A DNA stretch of 42,636 bases from Candidatus Eiseniibacteriota bacterium (lineage in GTDB: Bacteria; Eisenbacteria; RBG-16-71-46), in assembly GCA_044222065.1 (NCBI GenBank), contig JBGAOA010000039.1:1-42636 (forward strand), given 5' to 3'. Made by a program: the position numbers and the translations under genes. Positions within the stretch are counted from its first letter, which is position 1, and every line of letters starts with the position of its first letter. Under the pieces are notes generated by a model. That model saw only the letters and a program-made list of their open reading frames with translations, searched no databases and had not been told where the DNA came from. Shown here in pieces: positions 16,911 to 26,029 of this stretch.

Positions 16911-18977
16911 CTATCGCGGGCGTTCCGTCGTGAGCGCCGCGCGCGCCGCGGCGATCGCCTCGCGCGTGCCGGCGAGCGCGACGACATCGCCTTCGCGCAG
17001 CACGACGTGCCCGTCCGGAACGAGCACGACCTCTTCGCCGCGCGAGATCGCGACGACGGTCGCGCCGGTGCGGCCTCGGAGTTCGAGCGCGCCGAGCGTC
17101 GCGCCGATCGCCGCGGCGTCGCGCGCGAGCCGCACCGGCACGGGCTCGCCGAGGCCAGGCAGCAGCTGGTACGCGCGATGGAGCGCCTGCTCGGCCTCGT
17201 CCTCGCGCACGGCGGTCGAGTGGCGCCCGATCGCATCCACGATCGCTTCGGCCGCGGCCCGGACGTGGCCCTGCAGGTCGTTCGCCGTGCGCCACACGGC
17301 GAGGGCGAGCGCCGAGAGCGAGACCACGACGAGCACGGCCGACACCGCCGGCGGCAGGAACGGCTGCGTGAGCGCGACGAGCGGCGCGCCGACGACGAGC
17401 ACCGTTGCGAGCTGGATCGTCACGACGAGCGCGCGCCGCGGCGCGGCGGCGCGGTCGAGGCGGCCCGGCTCGGGATCGGGGAACGCGCGGCGGCCGAGCT
17501 GCTGGCCGAGCCGGCGGCCGTTGCCGACGATGCCGCCGAGGAACGGCAGGGCGACGAGCCCGGCGGCGACGCCGACGATTGCGACCGCGCTCGCGGGCGG
17601 AAGCGCGGTCGCCGTCGCGAGCCGCGCGCCCACGGACGGCGCGCCGACCGCGGCGCCGATCGCGATGCCGAGCACGACGACGGCATCGAGCGCGAGACGG
17701 CGCAGCGTGACGTTGAGCGCGGCGCGCTCGCTCGAAGTCTCGGGGCGGGTGCGCACGTTCTCGATCCACGAGCCGTAGAGCGCGACGAACGTCTGGAGCG
17801 AGCGCGGGAGCCGGCCGTCGATCGTCGCCGCGACCGGCCCGGACGCTCGCACGAGCAGCGGCGTCGTGAGGGCCGTCACGGTCGAGACCGCGATCGTGAG
17901 CGACGTGAGGAGCGGCGAGGCGGCCCCGCCCGCGAGCCCGACGCCGGCGAGGATGAACGAGAACTCGCCGATCTGGGCGAGGCTCATGCCGGTCGCGACC
18001 GCGGTGCGGATGCCCGTGCCCGTCAGGAACGCGCTGAGAGTCACGGCGCCGATCTTCCCGAACAGCACGACCGCGACGAACAGCAGCACGAGCCCGCCGT
18101 GCGTGACGAGAACGCGCGGGTCGAGCGTCATGCCGACCGACACGAAGAACACGGCCGCGAACAGGTCGCGCAGCGGCGCGACGAGCTTCGAGATGCGCGG
18201 CGACTCGCCGGACTCGGCGACGAGCGACCCCGCGAGGAACGCGCCGAGCGCGACCGAATAGCCGATCGTGTGGGCGAGCAGGGCGGTCGCGAAGCAGATC
18301 CCGACGCTCGCGACGAGCGTCGTCTCGGGCTGGTCGAGGCGCACGACGAAGCGCACGAGGCGCGGGACCAGCAGCATGCCGGCGCCGAGCAGCGCGACGA
18401 GGAACCCGACGAGCCGCACGACGGTCTCGAGCACGCCGAACCCGGACGGCGCGTGCCCGGCGGCCACGGGGGTGAGCAGCGCGAGCAGCAGGATCGCGAT
18501 GAGGTCCTCGAACACCAGGATGCCGAAGACGAGGTCCACGAACGGCGCGCGCGCGCGGCCGTCGCCGAGCGTCTTCACGACGATCGTCGTGCTCGAGATC
18601 GCGATCGCGGCGCCGGCGAACAGGCTCTCGAGGCCGGTCCAGCCGAGGACGCGGCCCGCGAGGTAGCCGAGCCACAGCACGAGGCTCGTCTCGAGTACCG
18701 CGATCATCGGCACGCCCCAGCCCGCGGCGAAGAGCCGCGGCAGCCGGAACTCGAGCCCGAGCGAGAACATCAGCAGGATGACGCCGAGCTCCGAGAGCGT
18801 GCGGATGATCTCGACGTCGGCGACGAGCGGCACGGGGACGTGCGGGCCCACGACGAGCCCCGCGAGCAGGTAGCCGAACACGACCGGCATCCGCATCCGC
18901 TGGAACACGATCGTCGTGACGGCCGCGACGCCGAGGACGAGCGCGAGGTTCGTCAGGAACGCTGGAGCGTCGTGCAC
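16911..18977 (-). CDS. CPA2-family cation:proton antiporter with C-terminal TrkA-C (RCK_C) domain
   Basis: Many TM helices; LGVILLMFSLGLEF, ISSTTIVVK, LVFEDL and AQIGEFSF; C-terminal LRGRTGATVVAISRG...LREGDVVALAG. GTG at 18977 with GGAGG. Confidence 0.92.
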   Translation of the reverse strand: MHDAPAFLTNLALVLGVAAVTTIVFQRMRMPVVFGYLLAGLVVGPHVPVPLVADVEIIRTLSELGVILLMFSLGLEFRLPRLFAAGWGVPMIAVLETSLVLWLGYLAGRVLGWTGLESLFAGAAIAISSTTIVVKTLGDGRARAPFVDLVFGILVFEDLIAILLLALLTPVAAGHAPSGFGVLETVVRLVGFLVALLGAGMLLVPRLVRFVVRLDQPETTLVASVGICFATALLAHTIGYSVALGAFLAGSLVAESGESPRISKLVAPLRDLFAAVFFVSVGMTLDPRVLVTHGGLVLLFVAVVLFGKIGAVTLSAFLTGTGIRTAVATGMSLAQIGEFSFILAGVGLAGGAASPLLTSLTIAVSTVTALTTPLLVRASGPVAATIDGRLPRSLQTFVALYGSWIENVRTRPETSSERAALNVTLRRLALDAVVVLGIAIGAAVGAPSVGARLATATALPPASAVAIVGVAAGLVALPFLGGIVGNGRRLGQQLGRRAFPDPEPGRLDRAAAPRRALVVTIQLATVLVVGAPLVALTQPFLPPAVSAVLVVVSLSALALAVWRTANDLQGHVRAAAEAIVDAIGRHSTAVREDEAEQALHRAYQLLPGLGEPVPVRLARDAAAIGATLGALELRGRTGATVVAISRGEEVVLVPDGHVVLREGDVVALAGTREAIAAARAALTTERPR

Positions 18978-19195
18978 CGCGATCGCCTCCGAGGCCCGGG
19001 ATTCGGAATCGGCGCAGGAATAGTCCACGGCGCGAAGCGCGCGCAACCCGGCCCCGCGTTCGGGGGTGGTCAATTCTGCCGCTTCGGCGCACGCACGCGG
19101 CTTCGCGCTGGAACCGGACGGGCGGGGTCGTGTAGAGGAGGGCTGCACCGTCCCGCGGGCCCCTCGCACCCGCGCACTTCCGTGGAGGCACCCCG

Positions 19196-19705
19196 TTGCG
19201 AAGCGCGTCGCTCGTCCGGCCGTGGTTCGCGTTCCTGCTGCTCGTGTGTTTCGCCCGCGGCGCCGAGGCGCGCGCCACGCTTCGGCCCGGCGATCCTGCT
19301 CCCGAATTCCGCGTCGCTTCGGCGAACGGCCCCGTGACGCTCGCCTCGTTCCACGACCGCGTCGTGCTGCTCGACTTCTGGGCCTCGTGGTGCGCGCCGT
19401 GCGCGCGCTCGTTCCCGTGGATGAACGGACTCTCGGAGCGCCTCGGGGATCGCGGGCTGACGGTGCTCGCGGTTGGACTCGATCACGAACGAGCCGACGG
19501 CCGCGCGTTCGTCGAGCGCCTGCGCCCGCGGTTCTCGATCGCGTGGGACTCGGCCGGGGCGTGCGCCGAGCGCTACGGCGTGACGGCCATGCCGACGAGC
19601 GTCCTCATCGGACGCGACGGAAGAGTGGTCGCCGTGCATCGGGGATTCGATCCGCGCACCGCGCCCGAGTTCGAGCGGCGCATCGAGGAGGCGTGCGCCC
19701 GATGA
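19196..19705 (+). CDS. TlpA-family thiol-disulfide oxidoreductase
   Basis: Signal peptide, DFWASWCAPC, cis-Pro motif AMPTS. Confidence 0.92.
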   Translation: MRSASLVRPWFAFLLLVCFARGAEARATLRPGDPAPEFRVASANGPVTLASFHDRVVLLDFWASWCAPCARSFPWMNGLSERLGDRGLTVLAVGLDHERADGRAFVERLRPRFSIAWDSAGACAERYGVTAMPTSVLIGRDGRVVAVHRGFDPRTAPEFERRIEEACAR

Positions 19706-19938
19706 ACCGGCACCGTTCGACCGCGATCCGCCTCGCCGTGGTCTTCGCCGTCGCGCTCGTCACGGGCGGCTGCGCGGCCGCGAGGGTCAAGCCGTGGGAC
19801 CGGGACCTGCTCGCCCGGCCGTCGATGCGTCTCGTGCCGCTGCCGCTCGAAGCCGAAGCGGACGCGCACATCTACTTCAGCAAGGAAGGCTCGATGGGCG
19901 GCGCCGACGTCGGCGGGGGAGGTTGCGGATGCAATTGA
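19702..19938 (+). CDS. DUF4266-domain lipoprotein
   Basis: Lipobox-like VTGGC, VKPWDRDLLA and C-terminal GGGGCGCN. ATGA overlap with tlpA. Confidence 0.85.
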   Translation: MNRHRSTAIRLAVVFAVALVTGGCAAARVKPWDRDLLARPSMRLVPLPLEAEADAHIYFSKEGSMGGADVGGGGCGCN

Positions 19939-21194
19939 ACGCGGCTCCTCGTCCCGGCGCGCTGCGCCGGCGGCTCGCCGCGGCGGCGTGCACGCTGCTC
20001 GCCGCCGGACTTCCGGTGCGGGCACACGCGCAGGAATCCGCCCCGTGGCAGTTCGAAGGCAGTGCGCTGCTCTACTCGGAGCGCGAGCGCGCGAGCGTCG
20101 TCGAGCCCGTCGCGCGGATCACGAGGCTCTTCCCGGACGGACAGCGCGTCACGGCGCGGCTCGGGTTCGACGCCATGACGGGCGCGTCCCCGAGCGGGGC
20201 CGCGCCGTCGGGCCGCGTCCAGACCGTGACGACGCCGTCCGGCATGCTCAAGACGACCGCCGCCGACCAGATCCCGCTCGATCGCTTCCAGGACGTCCGC
20301 GGCTCGCTCGACCTGGAGTGGGTGCGGCCGCTCGGGGCGATCGCGACGGTCACGACCGGCGGACACCTTTCGCGGGAGAAGGACTACCAGTCGCTCGGCG
20401 CCTCGGGGAAGCTCGCGCTCGAGCTGGACCAGCGGCTCACGACGATCACGCTCGGCGGCGGCGTCAACCACGACGGCGTGTTCCCGATCGGCGGGACGCC
20501 CGTGGGACTCACCGACGGTTCGCTGCCCACGTCGGACGCGACGCAGCGTAAGGACGTCAAGAGCGTGCTCGCGGGCGTCTCTCGCGTCCTGACGCGAAGG
20601 TGGCTCGTCGGCGTGAGCTGGACGCGGAACGCCGAGGAGGGCTACCTCACGGAGCCCTACAAGCGCGTGAGCCGCATCGACCCCGCGACGGGCTATACGG
20701 TGGACGCGCTCACCGAACGCCGTCCCGACCGTCGTCAGCGCACGGCGTGGCTCACGAACTCCGTCTATCACCTGTCGCGCGACGTGCTCTACCTGTCGCA
20801 CCGCGCGTACCGCGACGACTGGGGCGTGCGATCGCAGACGTTCGACGTGAAGGTGCGGCGCGATCTCGACGCCGACCGCTTCGTGCAGCCGCACGCGCGC
20901 TGGTACCGCCAGACGTCCGCGGACTTCTTCACGTTCGGCCTCCCGGACGGATCGACGCTGCCGGCGTACGCGAGCGCCGACGAGCGGCTCGGTCCGCTGC
21001 GCTCGCTGACGCTCGGTGCGACCTACGGCTTCCGGCTCGGCGCCACGCCCGGGCAGTTCACCGTGCGGGCGGAGTACCTGCGCCAGTGGGGCGACGGACA
21101 TCCGCCGGACGCGATCGGCGTTCAGCGCACGTTCGACCACATGCCGCCCGTGAGCATCGGGGAAGTGCTCGTCGGCTACTCCGTCGGGTTCTGA
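19929..21194 (+). CDS. DUF3570-domain outer-membrane beta-barrel protein, candidate flavinylation substrate
   Basis: MQL start overlapping DUF4266; FDAMTGASPSG, SREKDYQS, YRDDWGV and ADERLG; terminal Phe (GYSVGF). Confidence 0.85.
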   Translation: MQLNAAPRPGALRRRLAAAACTLLAAGLPVRAHAQESAPWQFEGSALLYSERERASVVEPVARITRLFPDGQRVTARLGFDAMTGASPSGAAPSGRVQTVTTPSGMLKTTAADQIPLDRFQDVRGSLDLEWVRPLGAIATVTTGGHLSREKDYQSLGASGKLALELDQRLTTITLGGGVNHDGVFPIGGTPVGLTDGSLPTSDATQRKDVKSVLAGVSRVLTRRWLVGVSWTRNAEEGYLTEPYKRVSRIDPATGYTVDALTERRPDRRQRTAWLTNSVYHLSRDVLYLSHRAYRDDWGVRSQTFDVKVRRDLDADRFVQPHARWYRQTSADFFTFGLPDGSTLPAYASADERLGPLRSLTLGATYGFRLGATPGQFTVRAEYLRQWGDGHPPDAIGVQRTFDHMPPVSIGEVLVGYSVGF

Positions 21195-21200
21195 GGGCGC

Positions 21201-22118
21201 ATGAAGCGGCGCGACGCGACGGCGGCCGCCGGGGCGTCGCGCACGCTGCGGCGCGACGGCGACACGTTCGTCGGGCGGTTCGTCGCGATGGCGAGTCCGT
21301 GCGAAGTGCTCGTGGACACGGACTCGCGCCCGCTCGCGCGGCGGGCGCTCGCGATCGCCGCCGACGAAGCGCAGCGCATCGAGCGCAAGTTCAGCCGCTA
21401 CCGTTCGGACAGCGTGGTCGCGCGCATCAACGCCTCGAACGGCGAAGCGGTCGACGTCGACGACGAGACGGCGAATCTGCTCGACTACGCGGCCGAGTGT
21501 CACGCGCTCTCGGAGGGGAGCTTCGACGTTACGTCGGGCGTGCTGCGCCGCGTGTGGACGTTCGACGGCGGTGAGCGCGTACCCGACCCGCAGGCGGTCG
21601 CCGGCGTGCTCGCGCACGTCGGCTGGAGCCGGGTCGCCTGGGCGCGGCCCCGGATCACGCTCGAGCGCGGCATGGAAATCGACCTGGGCGGGATCGGGAA
21701 GGAGTACGCGGTGGACCGCGCCGCGGGACGGGTCGGCGCCGAACTCGACGCGCCGGTGCTCGTGAACTTCGGCGGCGACCTGTTCGCGAGCGGACCGCGC
21801 CGCGGCGGACGAGCGTGGATCGTCGGGGTGGACGATCCCGAGCGGACGGGCTCGGCGGCGCCGCTGCGGATCGAGATCGAGCGCGGCGGACTCGCGACGA
21901 GCGGGGACGCGCGCCGCTTCGTGCGCTGGCAGGGGCGGAGGCTCGGACACATCCTCGATCCGCGCACCGGCTGGCCGGTCGCGGACGCTCCGGCGGCGGT
22001 GACGGTGCTCGCCGGCACGTGCCTCGAGGCCGGCACGCTCGCGACGCTCGCGATCCTGCACGGATCGCGCGCGCGGACGTTCCTCGAAGGCGAAGGCGCG
22101 CGGCACTGGGTGTTCTGA
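21201..22118 (+). CDS. apbE: FAD:protein FMN transferase ApbE
   Basis: AMASPC, FSRYRSDS, FDVTSG, DLGGIGKEYAVD, VNFGGD, LATSGD and HILDPRTGWP. Confidence 0.93.
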   Translation: MKRRDATAAAGASRTLRRDGDTFVGRFVAMASPCEVLVDTDSRPLARRALAIAADEAQRIERKFSRYRSDSVVARINASNGEAVDVDDETANLLDYAAECHALSEGSFDVTSGVLRRVWTFDGGERVPDPQAVAGVLAHVGWSRVAWARPRITLERGMEIDLGGIGKEYAVDRAAGRVGAELDAPVLVNFGGDLFASGPRRGGRAWIVGVDDPERTGSAAPLRIEIERGGLATSGDARRFVRWQGRRLGHILDPRTGWPVADAPAAVTVLAGTCLEAGTLATLAILHGSRARTFLEGEGARHWVF

Positions 22119-22127
22119 ACCGGCCGC

Positions 22128-22142
22128 GTTGCAACGTGCACG
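22128..22142. promoter_or_regulatory. Palindromic candidate operator GTTGCA-acg-TGCACG
   Basis: Its 13-nt core TGCAACGTGCACG (22130-22142) is the exact reverse complement of 31684-31696; about 120 nt upstream of the cytochrome gene. Confidence 0.5.
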
Positions 22143-22262
22143 CGGGCGCGCCCCTTCAGCGCCGCGCACGGGCTCCGAGACTGCGAAGCGCGCGGGGTGT
22201 CTCTCGCGAGTCAGCCCGCCGCTTCGACCTCACGCTCGCGTCCCGTCGCCTGAGGAGCCCGC

Positions 22263-23300
22263 ATGGAACGCCCGGCTCTCGTGCTCGCGCTCGTTCTCGC
22301 CGTCACCGCATCGTCCTCCGCGCCCACGTCCTCGCGGCGCGACGCGTCGTCCGCCGATCTCCATCCGGGCGGCGCGACGCGCGCGGCGAGCGGGAACTTC
22401 GCCGACGCACGTCCGCGCTACCACGTTCGCGGGGCAATGGTGTGCGCCGACTGCCACCTCGCGCACACCTCGGCCGACTCGAGCCGCGGCCCGAGCGCGC
22501 TCGTGCCGGCGGACCCGCTGGACGTGTGCCTGCGCTGCCACGACGACCAGGAGCGCATTCCGGACGTCGTGGGCGCGGACGCGAACGGTCTCCGCCAGCG
22601 ATCGGCGGGCCACTTCGCGGCGCCCGGTGTGCGCAACCTGAACGGCCACGACCTCGGTCGCGGGCTCGGCGCCGAGGACCTGTGCGAGCGCTGCCACGGG
22701 GGCGGCATGGCGGGCGCGAGCGTGACGTGCACCGACTGCCACGATCCGCACGGCAACGGCGTCGCGCGCAACCTGCGGTGGGCGAGCGCCCCGGACCGGA
22801 CGCCCGATCTCGGGCTGTTCACGAACCCGGCCGCGAGCGGGCCCGAGCGCTACGAAGCGCGGAGCGTGACGTACGGCACCCTCGATTCGGACGAACTGCG
22901 GGAGGCGAGCAGCGTGTGCCTCGACTGCCACCACGTGTTCAGCGGCCGCATCCACGTGGATCGCGACGGGGACGGGGTCCACGAGCGCCACCCCGCCTAC
23001 GACAGCGAACGGCACTCGCCGAACACGATCGCACGCGGCCGCGCGAAGCAGACGACGTCACCCGCGCACTGGAATGCCGGCGACGGAGCGGGATTCGGAG
23101 AGACGCCGCGGCTGCGCACCGTCGTGCGGGGCGCGCGCGACTTCGCCGGCGCGTCACGGGTGGATGCCGATCGGAACGGCGTGTTCTGTCTGAGCTGCCA
23201 CCGGGCGCACGGATCGGACCAGCCCTTCGCGCTCACCTACGACGCGTCGCCCCGGACGGCCCCGGCAGGCTGCCTCCAGTGCCACGTCGTGGGTGAGTGA
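22263..23300 (+). CDS. Exported heptaheme cytochrome c
   Basis: Signal peptide and seven CxxCH motifs: CADCH, CLRCH, CERCH, CTDCH, CLDCH, CLSCH, CLQCH. GAGGAG RBS. Confidence 0.92.
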   Translation: MERPALVLALVLAVTASSSAPTSSRRDASSADLHPGGATRAASGNFADARPRYHVRGAMVCADCHLAHTSADSSRGPSALVPADPLDVCLRCHDDQERIPDVVGADANGLRQRSAGHFAAPGVRNLNGHDLGRGLGAEDLCERCHGGGMAGASVTCTDCHDPHGNGVARNLRWASAPDRTPDLGLFTNPAASGPERYEARSVTYGTLDSDELREASSVCLDCHHVFSGRIHVDRDGDGVHERHPAYDSERHSPNTIARGRAKQTTSPAHWNAGDGAGFGETPRLRTVVRGARDFAGASRVDADRNGVFCLSCHRAHGSDQPFALTYDASPRTAPAGCLQCHVVGE

Positions 23301-23351
23301 GGGCCCCGCCTATTTCAACTCCGCCGCGCGGGCTGCTAAGCTGCGCGCGCA

Positions 23352-24749
23352 ATGTCCTCCGAGATCCCGCCCCGCTCCGACGCCGAAGCCGACGAAACGC
23401 CGTCGGCCGAGTTCGCGAAAGCCCTCGAAGCGTTCGAACGCCAGCCCGAGGCGTCGCCCGCTGCGCAGCCCGCGGCCGAGCCGCCGCGCGTGGGCGCCGC
23501 CGTGCACGGGACCGTCGTGTCCCTTACCGACACGCACGCGCTGATCGACATCGGCGGCCGCAGCGAGGCGATCGCGGATCTCGCGCACTTCCGGAACGAG
23601 GACGGCACGCTGCGCGTCGAGGTGGGCGCGGGCGTGGACCTGTTCGTGGCCGAGGCCGGCGAACAGATCGTGCTCGCGCCATCGGTCAAGACGCGCGCCT
23701 CGTCGAAGGCGAACCTCGAGCGCTTCCGCGCCGCCCGTGAAGCCGGGATGCCGGTGAGCGGGCGTGTGACGACCGTGAACGCCGGCGGGCTCCAGGTAGA
23801 TCTCGGCGGCGCGCGCGGTTTCTGCCCGATGTCCCAGATCGAGCGCGGCCACTGCGCCGACCCTTCCGTCTACGTGGGACGCACGCTCGAGTTCGTCGTC
23901 GTGTCGGTCGAGGACGCGCGCCGCAGCGTCGTGCTGTCGCGCCGCGCGATCCTCAAGCGCGAGGAGGCGGTCGCCGGCGCGGCGCGGCTCGCGGCGCTCC
24001 AGGTGGGCGACGAAGTCGAGGGCACGGTCCGAAGGCTCGAGGGGTTCGGAGCGTTCGTGGACCTGGGCGGCCTCGACGGCATGGTGCACGTCTCCGAGAT
24101 CTCGCACACGCGCGTCGCCCATCCGAAGGACGCGGTGCGCGAGGGCGAGAAGGTGAAGGCGCGCGTGCTGCGGATCGAGACCGGCAAGGACGGACGCCCG
24201 AAGATCGCGCTGTCGATCAAGGCCGCGATGCCCGATCCGTGGGGCGGGATCGCGGCGCGCTTCACGCCCGGCGCCCGCGTTCAGGGCCGGGTCGCCCGAC
24301 TCACGGACTTCGGCGCGTTCGTGACGCTCGAGTCCGGGATCGACGGACTCGTCCACGTCTCGCAGATCGCCGCCCGGCGCATCGAGCATCCGCGCGATGC
24401 GCTCACCGTCGGGCAGGAGATCGAGGCGGTCATCCTCGCCGTCGAGCCCGAGAAGCACCGCATCTCGCTCTCGATCCGCGCGACGCTCGAGCCCGAAGGC
24501 TCCGCCGAGGCGCGTCCGCCTCGCGAGGGGCGCGGTCGAGGCGAAGGGCGTCCGGAGCGCGGCGAGCGCGGCGACCGCCCTCGCCGCCGGGACGGCGGAC
24601 GCGATCGTGACCGGGATCGCGACCGCGACCGCTCGGGGCCGATCGTGATCAGCACGCCTTCGCCCGCGGGCGAGCTGACCACGATGGCGATCGCGCTGCG
24701 CAAGGCCGAGGAAGAAGCGCGCCGCAAGCGCGAGCGCTCTTCCCAGTAG
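23352..24749 (+). CDS. S1 RNA-binding domain protein (four S1 repeats; bS1/RpsA-like, probably a paralog)
   Basis: Four S1 repeats (e.g. FGAFVDLGGLDGMVHVSEIS, FGAFVTLESGIDGLVHVSQI) and an R/D/G-rich tail. Confidence 0.9.
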   Translation: MSSEIPPRSDAEADETPSAEFAKALEAFERQPEASPAAQPAAEPPRVGAAVHGTVVSLTDTHALIDIGGRSEAIADLAHFRNEDGTLRVEVGAGVDLFVAEAGEQIVLAPSVKTRASSKANLERFRAAREAGMPVSGRVTTVNAGGLQVDLGGARGFCPMSQIERGHCADPSVYVGRTLEFVVVSVEDARRSVVLSRRAILKREEAVAGAARLAALQVGDEVEGTVRRLEGFGAFVDLGGLDGMVHVSEISHTRVAHPKDAVREGEKVKARVLRIETGKDGRPKIALSIKAAMPDPWGGIAARFTPGARVQGRVARLTDFGAFVTLESGIDGLVHVSQIAARRIEHPRDALTVGQEIEAVILAVEPEKHRISLSIRATLEPEGSAEARPPREGRGRGEGRPERGERGDRPRRRDGGRDRDRDRDRDRSGPIVISTPSPAGELTTMAIALRKAEEEARRKRERSSQ

Positions 24750-24758
24750 CCCCCGGCC

Positions 24759-25292
24759 TCAGGCCGGCAGGGGCGCGTCCTTCCGCCGCCGGCTGAGGAT
24801 TCCCGCAGAGACGAGCGAGAACACGAGCGCCACGGGCAGCGGCTCCAGGAACGTGAGCGCCGAGTTGAAGAACGGATTCCGGTACAGGTCCGCGAACTTC
24901 TGCATCTCGGCCTGCTTCGCCGCGAGTTCCGCCTCGCCGAGCCCGCTCGCGCGCAGTTTCTGCATCTCCGCCGCCTGGTACTTCTCGATGTAGTCGCTCT
25001 TGCCGCCGAAGTACATCACCTCCCAGGTGGCGACGTAGCAGGACGACGCGATGAGGGCGATGAGCGCGCCGACGCCGAGCGCCTTCGCGAACCCGATGCG
25101 GCCGCCCGCGACGTTGTCCCGGTAGGAGCGCACGCCGAAATAGACGAGCAGGAACGCGAGCACCATGGTCGTGTAGCCGACGATCAGGGCGCGGTCGTTG
25201 CCCAGGGCGTCGTGGAACGGCAGGGTGATGAGCATCATGCCGGACAGGATGGCGCCGGAGATGAGGCCGAACGTCAGGACGATCTTCTTCAT
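24759..25292 (-). CDS. DUF4199-like inner-membrane protein
   Basis: MKKIVLTFGLISG, GVRSYRDNVAGGRIGFAKALGVG and TFLEPLPVAL; four TM helices. Confidence 0.8.
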   Translation of the reverse strand: MKKIVLTFGLISGAILSGMMLITLPFHDALGNDRALIVGYTTMVLAFLLVYFGVRSYRDNVAGGRIGFAKALGVGALIALIASSCYVATWEVMYFGGKSDYIEKYQAAEMQKLRASGLGEAELAAKQAEMQKFADLYRNPFFNSALTFLEPLPVALVFSLVSAGILSRRRKDAPLPA

Positions 25293-25367
25293 GGTCTGGT
25301 CTCCTCGGAGTGCGTGTCGGTGCTGCGGTGGACACGCGCATCCTCGCGTTCCCGGCCCGTCCGCGCG

Positions 25368-25422
25368 TCACCCGAACGGGTGAATCTGGCTTCGGGCGCG
25401 GCGAAATCACCCGATCAGGGGA
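25368..25422. promoter_or_regulatory. Paired palindromic operators upstream of the DUF4199 gene
   Basis: Perfect TCACCCG-AA-CGGGTGA at 25368-25383 and imperfect TCACCCG-AT-CAGGGGA at 25407-25422. Confidence 0.6.
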
Positions 25423-25873
25423 TGAGTCCGGCCTCCTTCGCGAGCTGCACCGCCTGGGTGCGGCGCTTCGCCGAAAGCTTGCTGAACACCCGTGCCGCGT
25501 GCGTCTTCACCGTGTTTTCGCTCACGAACAACCGCTCGGCGATCTCCTTGTTGCTGAGCCCGGCCGCGATCCCGTCGAGGATGTCGAGTTCCCGGGGCGT
25601 GATCCCGAGCGCCTCGGCCCGGGCGGGGTCGCGTACGAACGGCTCGCGGCGTTCGACCGGAACCTCGACCCGAACGGGCACCTCGCGCGTGACGACACGT
25701 TCGCGGGTCAGCTTCTGGCCGAGCCAGATGCCCACCACGGCGAACACCAGCGCGACGATCCCGCCGTAGATCTCGAGCGAATGTTCGAGCACGAGATAGC
25801 GGTACTCGACCCGCTTGAGCAGCGCGATCAGCACGCCGCAGAGGAGGCCGTAGAGAAGGACGGTCTTCTTCAA
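25415..25873 (-). CDS. Membrane-anchored LuxR/NarL-type HTH transcriptional regulator
   Basis: Two N-terminal TM segments, then ITPRELDIL...GLSNKEIAERLFVSENTVKTH...RRTQAV. No receiver domain. Confidence 0.9.
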   Translation of the reverse strand: MKKTVLLYGLLCGVLIALLKRVEYRYLVLEHSLEIYGGIVALVFAVVGIWLGQKLTRERVVTREVPVRVEVPVERREPFVRDPARAEALGITPRELDILDGIAAGLSNKEIAERLFVSENTVKTHAARVFSKLSAKRRTQAVQLAKEAGLIP

Positions 25874-26029
25874 TCCAGTGCCGCTCCGGAGTGGGGAGGC
25901 CGGGGCGTTCCGCCGGCCGGGTGGAGCGGGAAGGCTAGCGCGTCGCGGGCCGCCGCCGCGAGCAGAATCGCGTCGCGCGGAGCCCGGGGGCCCGCGGGGA
26001 TCGACGTCCGTGCGCCGGGGGCCGCGCGA

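Noticed and set aside
22171..22184. GG-N10-GC as a sigma-54 promoter for the heptaheme cytochrome
   Set aside because: Only the dinucleotides match; expected by chance at this GC content.
24590..24635. GACCGC-like hexamer repeats as a VNTR or CRISPR-like array
   Set aside because: Degenerate codon-level repeat encoding Arg-Asp within the S1 tail; no spacers or cas genes.
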